Made by a program: the position numbers and the translations under genes
Source: Gammaproteobacteria bacterium
Lineage (GTDB): Bacteria > Pseudomonadota > Gammaproteobacteria > JBCCGL01
Direction of reading: 5' to 3'
Length of the DNA: 64,000 bases
Assembly (NCBI GenBank): GCA_965277715.1
Contig: OZ255836.1
Span: 1,888,001 to 1,952,000 of the forward strand
In this document: positions 17,918 to 28,685 of the stretch, piece after piece
Position numbering within the stretch: position 1 is the first letter of the stretch
Layout: the number at the start of each line of letters is the position of its first letter
The notes under the pieces: generated by a model
The model's database searches: none
What the model saw: only the letters and a program-made list of their open reading frames with translations
Told to the model about the DNA's origin: nothing

Positions 17918-19586
17918 CCATGAGCAGCAATTTCTCCACGATTTAGAAAAAAAACTGTGGACCAGCGCCAACAAACTACTCCCCTCACTCGACGCCAGCC
18001 AATACAAACACGTACTGCTTGGCCTGATATTTATCAAATACGTATCAGACGCCTTTGACCTCCGGCGTGCCGGGCTAAAAGACCAACTGCAAGACCCGGA
18101 TCACGACTACTACTTAGACCCAGAAGATTTTGGTGGCCGTGAGAGCCAGGCGTATAAAACCGAAATTCAAACCGAGCTGGAAGTGCGGGACTATTACCGG
18201 GAAACCAACACCTTCTGGGTGCCAGCCCCCGCACGCTGGAAATTTTTACAAAACCAAAACAAAACCGTCATCACCGGCGAACTTGAAATTGGCCAGGGCA
18301 GGCAAAAGAAAAAAATCCGCAGCGTGGGCCAGCTTATCGACAACGCCCTGGAAACCATCGAGGCCGATAACCCCAAACTCAACGGCGTGCTCAACAAACG
18401 CTATACCCAACTGCAAATCGACCAGGCCAAATTGGGCGAATTGATCGACCTTATCGCCACCATTCCCTTCACCCACGCCAGCCTCAACGCCAAAGACATC
18501 CTCGGCCATGTCTACGAATACATGCTTGGCCAGTTCGCCCTGGCCGAGGGTAAAAAAGGCGGCCAGTTCTACACACCAAAATCCATCGTCAGCCTTATTG
18601 TACAAATGCTCGAACCCTTCAAAGGCCGCGTCTACGACCCCGCCATGGGTTCCGGTGGTTTCTTTGTGCAATCAGAAAACTTCATCACCGCCCACAAAGG
18701 CACCATGGGCAACGTCAGCATCTACGGGCAGGAAGCCAACCACACCACCTGGCAACTGGCCGCCATGAACATGGCAATAAGAGGCATCGACTTCAACTTT
18801 GGTAAACAACCCGCCAGCACCTACACCAACGACCAACACCCCGACTTACGCGCCGACTTCGTTATGGCCAACCCACCGTTCAACATGAAAGAGTGGGACG
18901 CCGGTGTCAGCGACGACGACCCGCGTTGGCAATACGGCACACCACCATCCGGCAACGCCAACTTCGCCTGGCTGCAACACATGCTCTACCACACCGCACC
19001 CAACGGCAGCGTCGGCCTATTGTTAGCCAACGGTTCCATGAGCTCCAACAGTTCAGGTGAAGGCGATATACGCAAGACACTGATCGAAGCAGACCTGATC
19101 GAGTGCATGGTCGCCCTGCCCGGCCAGTTATTTACCAATACCCAAATCCCCGCCTGTATCTGGTTCTTAACCAGGAATAAAAATAAGCGCACCAGTGCCG
19201 CAGGCAGAAAACTACGCACCCGCAAAGGTGAAATATTATTTATCGATGCCCGCAACCTCGGGTACATGAAAGACCGCGTACTGCGCGACTTCACCCAAGA
19301 TGACCTAAACCAAGTGACAGAGACATTCCACCACTGGCAGATAGGTGAGGGATATGCTGATATTGCGGGGTTTTGCCGCAGCGCCGGTTTAGAAGAAATT
19401 CAAAAACACGATTATGTACTCACCCCTGGGCGTTATGTTGGTGCCGCTGCCGAAGAAGATGATGGTGAACCCTTTGCCGATAAAATGGCGCGGTTAACCG
19501 CGACTTTAAAAATTCAGTTTGAGGATTCTGATCGTTTGGAAGCTGAGATTAAAAAGAACTTGGCGGGGTTGGGTTTCGATGTCTGA
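17907..19586 (+). CDS. hsdM: Type I restriction-modification methyltransferase subunit
   Basis: GQFYTP, VYDPAMGSGG, ANPPFN (m6A motif IV), LTPGRYVG. Confidence 0.96.
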   Translation: MDQSHEQQFLHDLEKKLWTSANKLLPSLDASQYKHVLLGLIFIKYVSDAFDLRRAGLKDQLQDPDHDYYLDPEDFGGRESQAYKTEIQTELEVRDYYRETNTFWVPAPARWKFLQNQNKTVITGELEIGQGRQKKKIRSVGQLIDNALETIEADNPKLNGVLNKRYTQLQIDQAKLGELIDLIATIPFTHASLNAKDILGHVYEYMLGQFALAEGKKGGQFYTPKSIVSLIVQMLEPFKGRVYDPAMGSGGFFVQSENFITAHKGTMGNVSIYGQEANHTTWQLAAMNMAIRGIDFNFGKQPASTYTNDQHPDLRADFVMANPPFNMKEWDAGVSDDDPRWQYGTPPSGNANFAWLQHMLYHTAPNGSVGLLLANGSMSSNSSGEGDIRKTLIEADLIECMVALPGQLFTNTQIPACIWFLTRNKNKRTSAAGRKLRTRKGEILFIDARNLGYMKDRVLRDFTQDDLNQVTETFHHWQIGEGYADIAGFCRSAGLEEIQKHDYVLTPGRYVGAAAEEDDGEPFADKMARLTATLKIQFEDSDRLEAEIKKNLAGLGFDV

Positions 19587-20940
19587 TTGGCCAATTGTTC
19601 AATTGAATGAGATTGTTGAAATAACCTCAAGCAAACGAGTTAAAAGAGTGGATTATGTTGAAGATGGCGTGCCATTTTTTAGATCGAAAGAAGTAATAGA
19701 ACGCTCCAAGGGTAACGATATATCCACAAAGTTATTCATCAAAGAAGATCACTTTCAAAAAATCGAAGAAAAATTTGGAGCCCCTTTAGTGGGGGATATT
19801 TTATTAACTTCTGTTGGCACTTTGGGTGTTCCATACCAAGTACAAACGAGAGATAGGTTCTATTTTAAAGATGGAAACCTAACTTGGTTCAGAAATTTTA
19901 GTGAAAGAGTGAATCCCAAGTTTTTATTTTACTGGCTGACATCTCCTATAGCTAAGCGAAAGTTTGATGAAATCACGATTGGCTCGACTCAAAAAGCGCT
20001 TACTATTGTTGCTCTAAAGTCTTTAGACCTGCAGCTGCCTCCAATAAACATTCAGGATGGTATTGTTAAAATTTTAGATGCATTGAATGAAACGCTTACT
20101 AATAACCGCCAAACTAACCAAACCCTCGAACATATCGCCCAAGCCATCTTTAAAAGCTGGTTTGTCGATTTCGAACCCACTCGCGCCAAAATCGCCGCCA
20201 AACAAACAAGTCAAGACCCTGAACGCGCTGCTATGGCGGCCATCAGTGGCAAGGCGTTAGACGAACTTGATCAACTCAACCCAAAACAACTGGAACAACT
20301 CCAAGCCACTGCTGCTTTGTTTCCTGATGCGTTCGTTGATTCTGAGTTGGGTGAAATACCGGAGGGGTGGGATGCCTCAACGCTTGGTGAACATTTCAAC
20401 GTAGTTATGGGGCAATCCCCAACAGGCGATACTTATAATGAAGATGGTCAGGGCATGTTATTTTTTCAAGGACGTAGGGATTTTGGTTTTAGATACCCAA
20501 TGCCGCGAGTTTATACAACTAAACCAAAACGGCTGGCTAAGGCCGGGGATACGCTAATAAGTGTCAGAGCCCCAGTAGGTGACAGGAATATGGCCGCTCA
20601 AGAATGTTGTCTTGGTAGAGGAGTTGCCAGTATTAGGCATAAGTCAGAAGCAAGAAGCTTCACTTATGCATTTATTGGACACATAGAGAAGAACCTAAGC
20701 GATAGTGGTTCTGACGGCACGGTATTCAACTCTATCAATAAAAACGAACTAGGGGCCGTAGGATTTGTCGCACCACGTAGTAATTTATTGAATTTTTTTG
20801 AAGATAAGATTAAATCAATAGACCAACACATTGAAGTTAATTCGATAGAGATCAGGGTTCTTAAAAAGTTGCGTGATACGTTATTACCAAAACTCCTTTC
20901 TGGGAAATTTGCCATACAATCACCCCAAACAGAATTATAG
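19579..20940 (+). CDS. hsdS: Type I restriction-modification specificity subunit
   Basis: Two low-GC TRDs, AQAIFKSWFVDF, SELGEIPEGW, LRDTLLPKLLSG; ATG overlaps the hsdM stop. Confidence 0.95.
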   Translation: MSDWPIVQLNEIVEITSSKRVKRVDYVEDGVPFFRSKEVIERSKGNDISTKLFIKEDHFQKIEEKFGAPLVGDILLTSVGTLGVPYQVQTRDRFYFKDGNLTWFRNFSERVNPKFLFYWLTSPIAKRKFDEITIGSTQKALTIVALKSLDLQLPPINIQDGIVKILDALNETLTNNRQTNQTLEHIAQAIFKSWFVDFEPTRAKIAAKQTSQDPERAAMAAISGKALDELDQLNPKQLEQLQATAALFPDAFVDSELGEIPEGWDASTLGEHFNVVMGQSPTGDTYNEDGQGMLFFQGRRDFGFRYPMPRVYTTKPKRLAKAGDTLISVRAPVGDRNMAAQECCLGRGVASIRHKSEARSFTYAFIGHIEKNLSDSGSDGTVFNSINKNELGAVGFVAPRSNLLNFFEDKIKSIDQHIEVNSIEIRVLKKLRDTLLPKLLSGKFAIQSPQTEL

Positions 20941-20955
20941 AAGGCAGTTTAAAAA

Positions 20956-21105
20956 ATGGACTTCTCAGATTACATCATCTTTGTGAATGAAAGCGACACC
21001 AACCTCACAGATAAACAGAAAATATACCAGAGGCACAACCTCACACTACCAGCAATCAGCGTCAGCCCACTTTCCACAGAAACAGTTGGCGTACTACAGC
21101 ATTAA
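20956..21105 (+). pseudogene. Possible truncated DUF3800-family gene
   Basis: MDFSDYIIFVNES resembles DUF3800 N-termini (YxxFVDESG), then degenerates; operon position right after hsdS. Confidence 0.45.
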
Positions 21106-21278
21106 TTAGCAAGGTATGCTCACCGCCTGTACCGCACTCATTTTCAGCCCTAAAGAAACTCAGGATAGTCAAGGCAATATATGAGCCTGGTTAGATATTA
21201 CTTGCAGTGCGCATAGACAGTGCTAATAAGAACACTAATCTTTAGCGCACTGGACATCGAGAGAGGTACAAGATACAA

Positions 21279-21316
21279 GGGATACAGGAGCTAGAGCAAC
21301 GCAGGAGCAGTTGCCG
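21279..21316 (+). repeat. Single partial copy of the 47-bp repeat unit found in tandem at 31163
   Basis: gggatacaggagctagagcaacgcaggagcagttgccg. Confidence 0.85.
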
Positions 21317-21327
21317 GGGAGCAGTAG

Positions 21328-21379
21328 CTTGGCTCTGCAAAGCGCAAAGAAAAACACCAAAGTAACGCGAGTGAAACCC
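21328..21379 (+). repeat. 52-bp dispersed repeat; inverted copy at 57703-57754
   Basis: cttggctctgcaaagcgcaaagaaaaacaccaaagtaacgcgagtgaaaccc matches the reverse complement of 57703-57754 with a few mismatches. Confidence 0.8.
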
Positions 21380-21417
21380 AATACCCCTACACTACTCACA
21401 CAAAAAAACAAAACCCA

Positions 21418-22182
21418 TCAAAACTTCCCATTATCATTCTTCCACTCACCTCGCGCAGGAATACCCTCAACTGTATTCCAATGCTCAACAAGTCGCTTTT
21501 TAGAAACGCGAAAAAGATCATAAAAAGCCGTGTGAACCCCACCACGGAACCCCTCACTAACAGCAAGCACAAAACACCCCTCTGCAAACACACGGTGATT
21601 TTGCGAATACTCGACTCTCAAAATACCCCCATCCATCGCTTCCAACGCCAACCGCAGCGCAGGTAAACCATCGGCAACGTGTGGATCATGCTGAATATAA
21701 CCTTCCTCACCGATATAACTTTCGAGTTTCTCAAGCCTGCGATTGATAAGCACCTCATCAACAAACGATCTTACTATTTCCCGATTGTCCTCGGTTCTAT
21801 CAAGATCGGTTACCTCAACCGGGCCATCGACCATAGTGTGGCCCGATGGGCCAGGACCCAACCTCGGTTGAATATTATCCCAATGCTCCACGGCCAAGCC
21901 ATCCTCAAACCTGAAGACCTCAAAACCGACATTCGAACGATCAAAATTATATTCCGTATGGGCGAACACATAATCGCCATCCCCAAAAACCCGAACGATG
22001 TTAACCGTTGGGTTCGTTTTCGACAGGCGCTTAAACAGCGCCGCCAAACCTTCGCTACCCTCATGCGTTTGAGGGTTGTGTTGAATATATTTATCCTCGT
22101 TGACAACCGCCACCGTTGTCGCATCACCCGTTTCGATGCCTTTCAGTAAATTGCAAATTTGTTCTTTTCTTAATGCAGTCAT
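21418..22182 (-). CDS. Tandem SnoaL/NTF2-like domain protein
   Basis: Two repeats of YIQH(N/D)P...G..L and (E/D)xFR....VEHW. Confidence 0.85.
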   Translation of the reverse strand: MTALRKEQICNLLKGIETGDATTVAVVNEDKYIQHNPQTHEGSEGLAALFKRLSKTNPTVNIVRVFGDGDYVFAHTEYNFDRSNVGFEVFRFEDGLAVEHWDNIQPRLGPGPSGHTMVDGPVEVTDLDRTEDNREIVRSFVDEVLINRRLEKLESYIGEEGYIQHDPHVADGLPALRLALEAMDGGILRVEYSQNHRVFAEGCFVLAVSEGFRGGVHTAFYDLFRVSKKRLVEHWNTVEGIPARGEWKNDNGKF

Positions 22183-22246
22183 GGATAGTCAAGCCCCGGT
22201 TACTATTGCACACTAACGCCACTGGTACGCCTACCAGCGTATTTTG

Positions 22247-22633
22247 TCACGTTACCTCATGCCCAAAGGTAAGCTTGTTACCATCCGGGTCCATAACAGA
22301 AAACTCCTTCATGCCCCAGGTTTGCTCAACGGGGTGAATGACGACACATGGATAACCCTCCACAGTATTTGTCACCAATCCGCGCTTTACAAACTTTTGA
22401 TACAGCGTATCAACATCATCGACACGGACATAATTCAGGCTTCCGAATGCACCATCATTCGAGTGGGAAGACAAGTGAACAAGCCCCCCTTCTCTCCCAA
22501 TCAGCGAATATCTGGACATAAACGCCTCGGGATTAGGGTCTGGCGCGACTATTACAGTGAAATCCAGAACCGCTGTATAGAAAGCCAATGAGGTTTTTAA
22601 ATTGCTGCATTTAATAAAAGGTTCGATAGGCAT
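22247..22633 (-). CDS. VOC/glyoxalase-bleomycin resistance family protein
   Basis: SLAFYTAVLDF, VDDVD, QTWGMKEFSVMDPDGNKLTF. Confidence 0.88.
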   Translation of the reverse strand: MPIEPFIKCSNLKTSLAFYTAVLDFTVIVAPDPNPEAFMSRYSLIGREGGLVHLSSHSNDGAFGSLNYVRVDDVDTLYQKFVKRGLVTNTVEGYPCVVIHPVEQTWGMKEFSVMDPDGNKLTFGHEVT

Positions 22634-22712
22634 GGTTACAGTACTCCAGGAATCTGCCGGGTAATTATTTATACTGGTTACATATTGTCATCAATGTCAC
22701 CCGCCAGTTTAT

Positions 22713-22765
22713 CCTAAATTCCGCAGTTGGGTCGTAGCGAGGGCGTCTAAGGTGCTGAAGATGAA
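22713..22765 (+). repeat. Isolated left end of the AACCTAAATTCCGCAG MITE/IS family
   Basis: About 50-bp near-identity to 17597-17649. Confidence 0.8.
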
Positions 22766-22974
22766 GTGTTTTTACCAGCATTTTAGCCATCCTGCCTGAA
22801 AAACCACTGCCCTATCAATTTATCAGCAACAGCACATAAAATACGGTAAGTTACCCACCGTTTAAATATTCAGCACCTTATACCCACATCAATGAGGCCA
22901 TTTTGATAAACACACGTAAAACAACGAACTATTGTCTGTCGATAACCTATGTGCCATTGGTATAGGTCGATACC

Positions 22975-25900
22975 ATGATCACCGAAGACCAACTGGAACA
23001 ACTCTGCCTCGATTGGTTTCAACTCACCGGCTATAACACGCTCTGCGGTTATGACATCGCCCCCGATGGCGATAACCCGGAACGCAGCGATTACCGTCAA
23101 ATCATTTTGCATAATCGCCTGCTTGACCAATTGGCAATCATTAATCCCCATATCCCCAGCGCCACACTGGAACAGGTGGCTTTCCAAATCGCCAAACCAG
23201 AAACCCCTGTTCTGATTAACAATAACAAAATCTTTCACCAACTATTGCTGCAAGGGGTAAAGGTAGACTTTAAGCAGAATGGCAAGGCAAAGACCGACTA
23301 TGTGCAGTTGGTGGATTTTGCCACGGTAGACAATAACCAGTTTTTAGTGGTGAACCAATACACCATCACCGGCAGCAAAGGTAACCGCCGCCCGGATGTG
23401 ATTGTATTTATTAACGGCCTACCACTGGCCGTGTTAGAACTGAAAAACCCCGCCGATAGCAATGCCGATATCTGGTCTGCCTATCAGCAGTTGCAAACCT
23501 ATAAAGAGGAAATACCCGGTTTATTTGCGTTTAATGAAGCCCTGGTGGTGAGTGATGGCTTAAATGCGCGGGTCGGTTCGCTCACCGCCAATAAGGAGCG
23601 TTTTTTGCCCTGGCGGGTGGTCAATAACGAAAACGATAAACCCCTGTTTGAATACTTTCTGGAAACTTTGGTAAAAGGCTTTTTTAAACCCGCGCTGTTT
23701 TTAGATTACATTCGCCATTTTGTGCTGTTTGAACAGGACGGCGATACGCTGATTAAAAAAATTGCCGGTTACCATCAATTCCATGCCGTGCGTGAAGCGG
23801 TAAAAGCCACGGTGATTGCCGCACAGCGGCCCGAGCAGGGCACGGTTGCCCAGCCCAGAGCGAATTATGCCAATAAAGTCGAACCGGGTTCCGGTAAAGC
23901 TGGCGTGATATGGCATACCCAGGGGTCTGGTAAATCGATCTCGATGGTGTGCTATGCCGGTAAATTATTGGCACAGCCTGAAATGAATAACCCCACCATT
24001 GTAGTGGTGACCGACCGCAATGATTTAGACGGCCAGCTATATAACACCTTTAGTATGGCGACAGACGCGCTAAAACAAACACCCATACAAGCCGGTGGCA
24101 GGGATGAACTGCGTGCGGTATTAGCGGCGCGCCAATCCGGCGGTATTATTTTTACCACGGTGCAAAAATTTGCTCTCCGCAAAGATGAGCAAGGGCGTGA
24201 TGAAGCCACCCACCCGGTACTGAGCACCCGCCATAATATTGTGGTGGTGAGTGATGAAGCCCACCGCAGTCAATACGGTGATAAAGCCAAGCTCAACGCA
24301 AAAACCGGGCAGTACACTTTTGGTTACTCCAAACACCTGCGCGATGCCTTGCCTGAAGCCTCATTTATTGGTTTTACCGGCACACCAATCGACGCGGCGG
24401 ATAAAGACACCCGCGCAGTATTTGGCGACTATGTTTCCATCTATGATATTCAGGATGCCGTCGAAGACGGCGCCACCGTACCGATCTATTACGAATCCCG
24501 TTTAGCCAAGCTGGATATCCATGCCGCCGATATTGAGGCGTTAAACGATGAAGTCGAGGAGGTGATCGAAGACGAGGAGGATGTCGCCACCCGTGAAAGC
24601 ACTAAATCGAAATGGGCGGCACTGGAAAAGCTGGTGGGCAGCGAGCCGCGTATGCAGCAAGTGGGTAAAGATTTGGTCGATCATTTTGAAAGCCGCACCG
24701 CCACCATGCCCGGCAAGGGCATGATTGTGTGCATGAGCCGCGAAATCTGTGTGGATATGTACGCGGCCATCGTCGCGATTAAACCCGAATGGCACGACCC
24801 GAATCCCGCCGGTGGCGCGATCAAGATTGTGATGACCGGTTCCGCCGCCGATAAAGAAAAACTGCAACCGCATATTTATACTAAAGACACCCGAAAGCGG
24901 TTTGAAAAACGCTTTAAAGACATCGACGACCCGCTGCAATTGGTGATTGTGCGCGATATGTGGCTGACCGGTTTTGATGCGCCGGGCTGCCATACGATGT
25001 ATATCGATAAGCCCATGAAAGGCCATAATTTAATGCAGGCTATCGCCCGGGTAAACCGGGTGTTTAAAGACAAGCCCGGTGGTTTGGTGGTGGACTATAT
25101 CGGTATCGCCAATGAACTAAAACACGCGCTCAAGCGCTATACCAACGCTAACGGTAGAGGTGCGCCAACCATCGACACCCGCGAAGCGTTTGCGTTATTG
25201 AGGGAGAATATCGATAAATTGCACGCCATGATGCACGGCTGTGATTACAGTGATTATGCAACCCATGCACTGCAATTATTACCCCGGGTAATGAACCATA
25301 TCCTGCATTTACAAAACCCGGGCAATGGCGAGCTGGACGGGAAGAAACGCTTCCTCGATGTAATGGCCAGCATTCGCTCGGCGTTTACTCTGTGCAGCAC
25401 ACTCGATGAGGCCAGCGCCTACTCCAAAGAAATCGCATTTTGGGGTTATGTGAAAAATGCCATCACTAAATTCACCACTATCGATAAGCGCCGCACCGAT
25501 GAAGAAAAGAATTCGGCCCTTAAGCAAATAATCGACAACGCCATTATCGCCGAAGGTGTGGACGATATTTTTCAGCTAGTGGGGTTAGACAAGCCGAATG
25601 TTGGTTTGCTTTCACCCGAATTTCTTGAGGATGTAGCCAGGCTGAAAGAAAAAAACCTGGCGGTTAATTTATTGGAACGTTTACTGCGTGATGAAGTGAA
25701 GGCGCGGATGAAAACGGATGTGGTCTCTGAAAAGAAATACTCCGAGCGCATCATGGAAACGCTGCGCAAATACCACAACCGTGCCATAGAGACAGCGCAA
25801 GTGATTGAGGAGTTGATTCAGATGGCAAAGGACATGGCAGCAGATGCCGAACTCGCCCGGCGCTCTGGTTTAAATACCGATGAATTGGCGTTTTATCGTG

Positions 25901-26160
25901 CGCTTATTCAAAACCAAAGCGCTGTTAGAGAAATGGGTGACAACAAGCTGAAAGAGCTGGCGAAATACGTGACAGAGCAATTGAGAAATTCGACCACGGT
26001 TGACTGGCAGGTGAGAGAGAGTGTCCGCGCCAGGCTAAGAAATCTGGTTCGGCGGGCCTTGCGCACATGGAAATACCCACCCGATGGCTCGGATGAGGCG
26101 GTTGAGTTGTGCCTTGAACAGGCAAGAGCGTTAAGTGAGCATTGGAGTGCGGATGCTTAG
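22975..26160 (+). CDS. hsdR: Type I restriction endonuclease subunit R
   Basis: RRPD..NGLPLAVLELK nuclease motif, HTQGSGKS, DEAHRSQY, FTGTP, MWLTGFD, QAIARVNR. Confidence 0.97.
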   Translation: MITEDQLEQLCLDWFQLTGYNTLCGYDIAPDGDNPERSDYRQIILHNRLLDQLAIINPHIPSATLEQVAFQIAKPETPVLINNNKIFHQLLLQGVKVDFKQNGKAKTDYVQLVDFATVDNNQFLVVNQYTITGSKGNRRPDVIVFINGLPLAVLELKNPADSNADIWSAYQQLQTYKEEIPGLFAFNEALVVSDGLNARVGSLTANKERFLPWRVVNNENDKPLFEYFLETLVKGFFKPALFLDYIRHFVLFEQDGDTLIKKIAGYHQFHAVREAVKATVIAAQRPEQGTVAQPRANYANKVEPGSGKAGVIWHTQGSGKSISMVCYAGKLLAQPEMNNPTIVVVTDRNDLDGQLYNTFSMATDALKQTPIQAGGRDELRAVLAARQSGGIIFTTVQKFALRKDEQGRDEATHPVLSTRHNIVVVSDEAHRSQYGDKAKLNAKTGQYTFGYSKHLRDALPEASFIGFTGTPIDAADKDTRAVFGDYVSIYDIQDAVEDGATVPIYYESRLAKLDIHAADIEALNDEVEEVIEDEEDVATRESTKSKWAALEKLVGSEPRMQQVGKDLVDHFESRTATMPGKGMIVCMSREICVDMYAAIVAIKPEWHDPNPAGGAIKIVMTGSAADKEKLQPHIYTKDTRKRFEKRFKDIDDPLQLVIVRDMWLTGFDAPGCHTMYIDKPMKGHNLMQAIARVNRVFKDKPGGLVVDYIGIANELKHALKRYTNANGRGAPTIDTREAFALLRENIDKLHAMMHGCDYSDYATHALQLLPRVMNHILHLQNPGNGELDGKKRFLDVMASIRSAFTLCSTLDEASAYSKEIAFWGYVKNAITKFTTIDKRRTDEEKNSALKQIIDNAIIAEGVDDIFQLVGLDKPNVGLLSPEFLEDVARLKEKNLAVNLLERLLRDEVKARMKTDVVSEKKYSERIMETLRKYHNRAIETAQVIEELIQMAKDMAADAELARRSGLNTDELAFYRALIQNQSAVREMGDNKLKELAKYVTEQLRNSTTVDWQVRESVRARLRNLVRRALRTWKYPPDGSDEAVELCLEQARALSEHWSADA

Positions 26161-26371
26161 GGGCCAGGTTGTTCTGGTTCTGGTCTGGCTTGGTCTGGCA
26201 TTTCCTAATAGTTATTTGCAATATCTTCGTTTTTGCCTGTTCAAAAATAAGTGTTTTTTCTTGTGGGTTAATGGTTCATCGGTTTTTAATTTGTTTACTT
26301 TTTTCTTTTTCTATGTGGGTAGTGTAGATTCCTAATCAATTTAGAGTTGGGTGAGTATTGGGATAATCATG

Positions 26372-27949
26372 CTACTTCCAGCGCGGATCAAAACGGGGCG
26401 GTCTCGGGTAGCGCGAAGTCACATCAAAATCGGTTAGTTCCATATGGCTGCGTGTATATTCATTGGCCGCATCACGCTGTGGTTGAAAATCCCAGCTTTG
26501 ATAACGCCCAATACGCAGCGCCGCGTGTACCGAGCGACGGCGTTGCTGATCGGCAATCACCTTTGCCTGTAGAGCCTCAGCATCCCAGTGCGCATCGCGC
26601 TGCGCCCTAAAACCCGCCAACACCGATGCCATTTGAGGGTCATCAGCCCGGTTGTGCAATTCGTCGGGGTCCGCGTGTAAATCGAATAACTGTTCCGGGT
26701 CGGTCTGGCAGTGCGTGTATTTATAACCACCGTTACGGATCATCAACATCGGCGCCGCTGTTCCCTCGGCCAGGTATTCACTGATAGTGGTATTAGCGTC
26801 ACCCGCCGTATCACCCTCACACAAACGCAATAAACTGCGCCCGGCGAGTGGGTCAATAGGCTCAGGTTTCACTACGCCGGTATTTTCAGCGGCAATATCG
26901 ACCAATGTGGGCAATACATCCACCTGCGACACGGGTTGTTCAACGCGCCGTGCCGCAAACCGATTGGGTTGCCAGATAATCATCGGAATACGGTTTGACC
27001 ACTCGTGAAATGACATTTTGTACCACAGTCCGCGCTCGCCCAGCATATCGCCGTGGTCGGCGGTAAAAATAATCGTCGTATCATCTGCCATACCGCACGC
27101 CTCCAAGGTCGAGCGCAAGCGGCCCAGCCATTCATCGACATACGATACATTAGCGTAATAGGCGCGCCGGGCACTGCGCACCTGTTCATCACTGACAGCG
27201 ACGGAATCGTGCGCAATCACCTGTAGCAGGCGCAGACTGTGTGGGTCATTTTCCGCTGGGGCCGGTCGGGGCACACGCGGCATATCAATCTCATCATCGC
27301 TGTACAAATCCCAATACTTTTGCCGTGCCGCGTAGGGGTCGTGTGGGTGGATAAAACTGGCAACCAGACACAGCGGTCGATCATCCTGGCTACACGCATG
27401 TTGATAAATCGCCCGCACGGCCTGGTGGCCAACTTCGTCATCGTAGTGCAATTGGTTGGTCGTTGCCGCCACCCCGGCCTGTACGACACTGGACATATTG
27501 TGGTACCACAAATCAATGCGCTCATGGGGGTTTGTCCAGTCGGGAATCCAGCCAAAGTCGGCGGGATATACATCGGTCGTCAGGCGATCCTCAAAACCGT
27601 GCAACTGGTCTGCGCCAACGAAATGCATCTTTCCTGACAGGCAGGTACGGTAGCCCTGCAAACGCAAATAGTGAGCAAAAGTAGGCATTGTCGACGGCAT
27701 ATAAGCGGCGTTATCGTAACCGCCACTGCGCGAACAGTACTGTCCCGTCATAAAGGCATAGCGCGCTGGCGTACACAAAGGGCTACTGCTGTAGGCCGCA
27801 TCAAAAACCACCCCCTCCTCTGCCAGCCTATCGATATGCGGGCTTTTCACCACCGGATGCCCATAGCACCCCAACGCCAGTGCGGTGAGCTGATCGGCCA
27901 TCACCACCAGTATATTTTTGTGTTTGATCGATGTATCAGTGGCGTTCAT
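26372..27949 (-). CDS. betC: Choline-sulfatase
   Basis: SSPLCTPAR sulfatase motif, GKMHFVG, RLTTDVYPADFGW, WYHNMSSV, C-terminal WDFQP..YTRSHM. Confidence 0.92.
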   Translation of the reverse strand: MNATDTSIKHKNILVVMADQLTALALGCYGHPVVKSPHIDRLAEEGVVFDAAYSSSPLCTPARYAFMTGQYCSRSGGYDNAAYMPSTMPTFAHYLRLQGYRTCLSGKMHFVGADQLHGFEDRLTTDVYPADFGWIPDWTNPHERIDLWYHNMSSVVQAGVAATTNQLHYDDEVGHQAVRAIYQHACSQDDRPLCLVASFIHPHDPYAARQKYWDLYSDDEIDMPRVPRPAPAENDPHSLRLLQVIAHDSVAVSDEQVRSARRAYYANVSYVDEWLGRLRSTLEACGMADDTTIIFTADHGDMLGERGLWYKMSFHEWSNRIPMIIWQPNRFAARRVEQPVSQVDVLPTLVDIAAENTGVVKPEPIDPLAGRSLLRLCEGDTAGDANTTISEYLAEGTAAPMLMIRNGGYKYTHCQTDPEQLFDLHADPDELHNRADDPQMASVLAGFRAQRDAHWDAEALQAKVIADQQRRRSVHAALRIGRYQSWDFQPQRDAANEYTRSHMELTDFDVTSRYPRPPRFDPRWK

Positions 27950-28072
27950 TGTGCAACCTGGTTGTTAAGTAATGTAGGGGGCAATACTATCTAAAATAAG
28001 CGCAAAACTGTTAACCCTAAAACACTACCACTGCCAGCCCCAACGTTGAATTGATCACTTACAGACAAATCA

Positions 28073-28621
28073 TTAATAATCCATGCACCGTTGCAACATT
28101 GCCGCCATAGCCTCAACCCCCAGGCTGCGGGCGCGCTGAATATTATCCTCCGGTATGGCATCGACATTGGGGTGGCACGCCAACGCCGTCTCAACACCCG
28201 ATTCACGTAACACATGCAACATCGGCCAGGGTGAGCGGTTAGTATAATTGGCCGCATCATCCCTATCCGCACCGGCAAAACAATACTGAGGATGAAAACT
28301 GGCCACCTGATAAACACCCTCGTAATCACTCACAACCAGCGCATCTTCAGCGGCGGCAAGCAAAGACAAATAATCATCGAACGAGGCAAAGCCATCGGCA
28401 AATACCAGCAAGGCGGTCTCCGCCGTATCGTCATCGTCGAGCGCCCTGCACAATGACAAAAAAGCGACCAGACCGGCTTCCAGTTCACCACTGAGGCACA
28501 CCCTGTAAACAATACTGTCACGCTGATACTCACGCTGTGCAAAGGGGCAAAAATTATGTTCAATGACCACTGTGCGCAGCCATTTTTTCGTCATCTCCAG
28601 GATTTTTTGCTCACTTGACAT
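28073..28621 (-). CDS. DUF1415 family protein
   Basis: NFCPFA, YEGVYQVASFHP, NYTNRSPWPMLHVLRE. Confidence 0.9.
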   Translation of the reverse strand: MSSEQKILEMTKKWLRTVVIEHNFCPFAQREYQRDSIVYRVCLSGELEAGLVAFLSLCRALDDDDTAETALLVFADGFASFDDYLSLLAAAEDALVVSDYEGVYQVASFHPQYCFAGADRDDAANYTNRSPWPMLHVLRESGVETALACHPNVDAIPEDNIQRARSLGVEAMAAMLQRCMDY

Positions 28622-28685
28622 GCACTACACCTTAACCCACGATGCAGGCCATTTTGCCATATTAAACAGCCCGTAGCGCAGCCCA

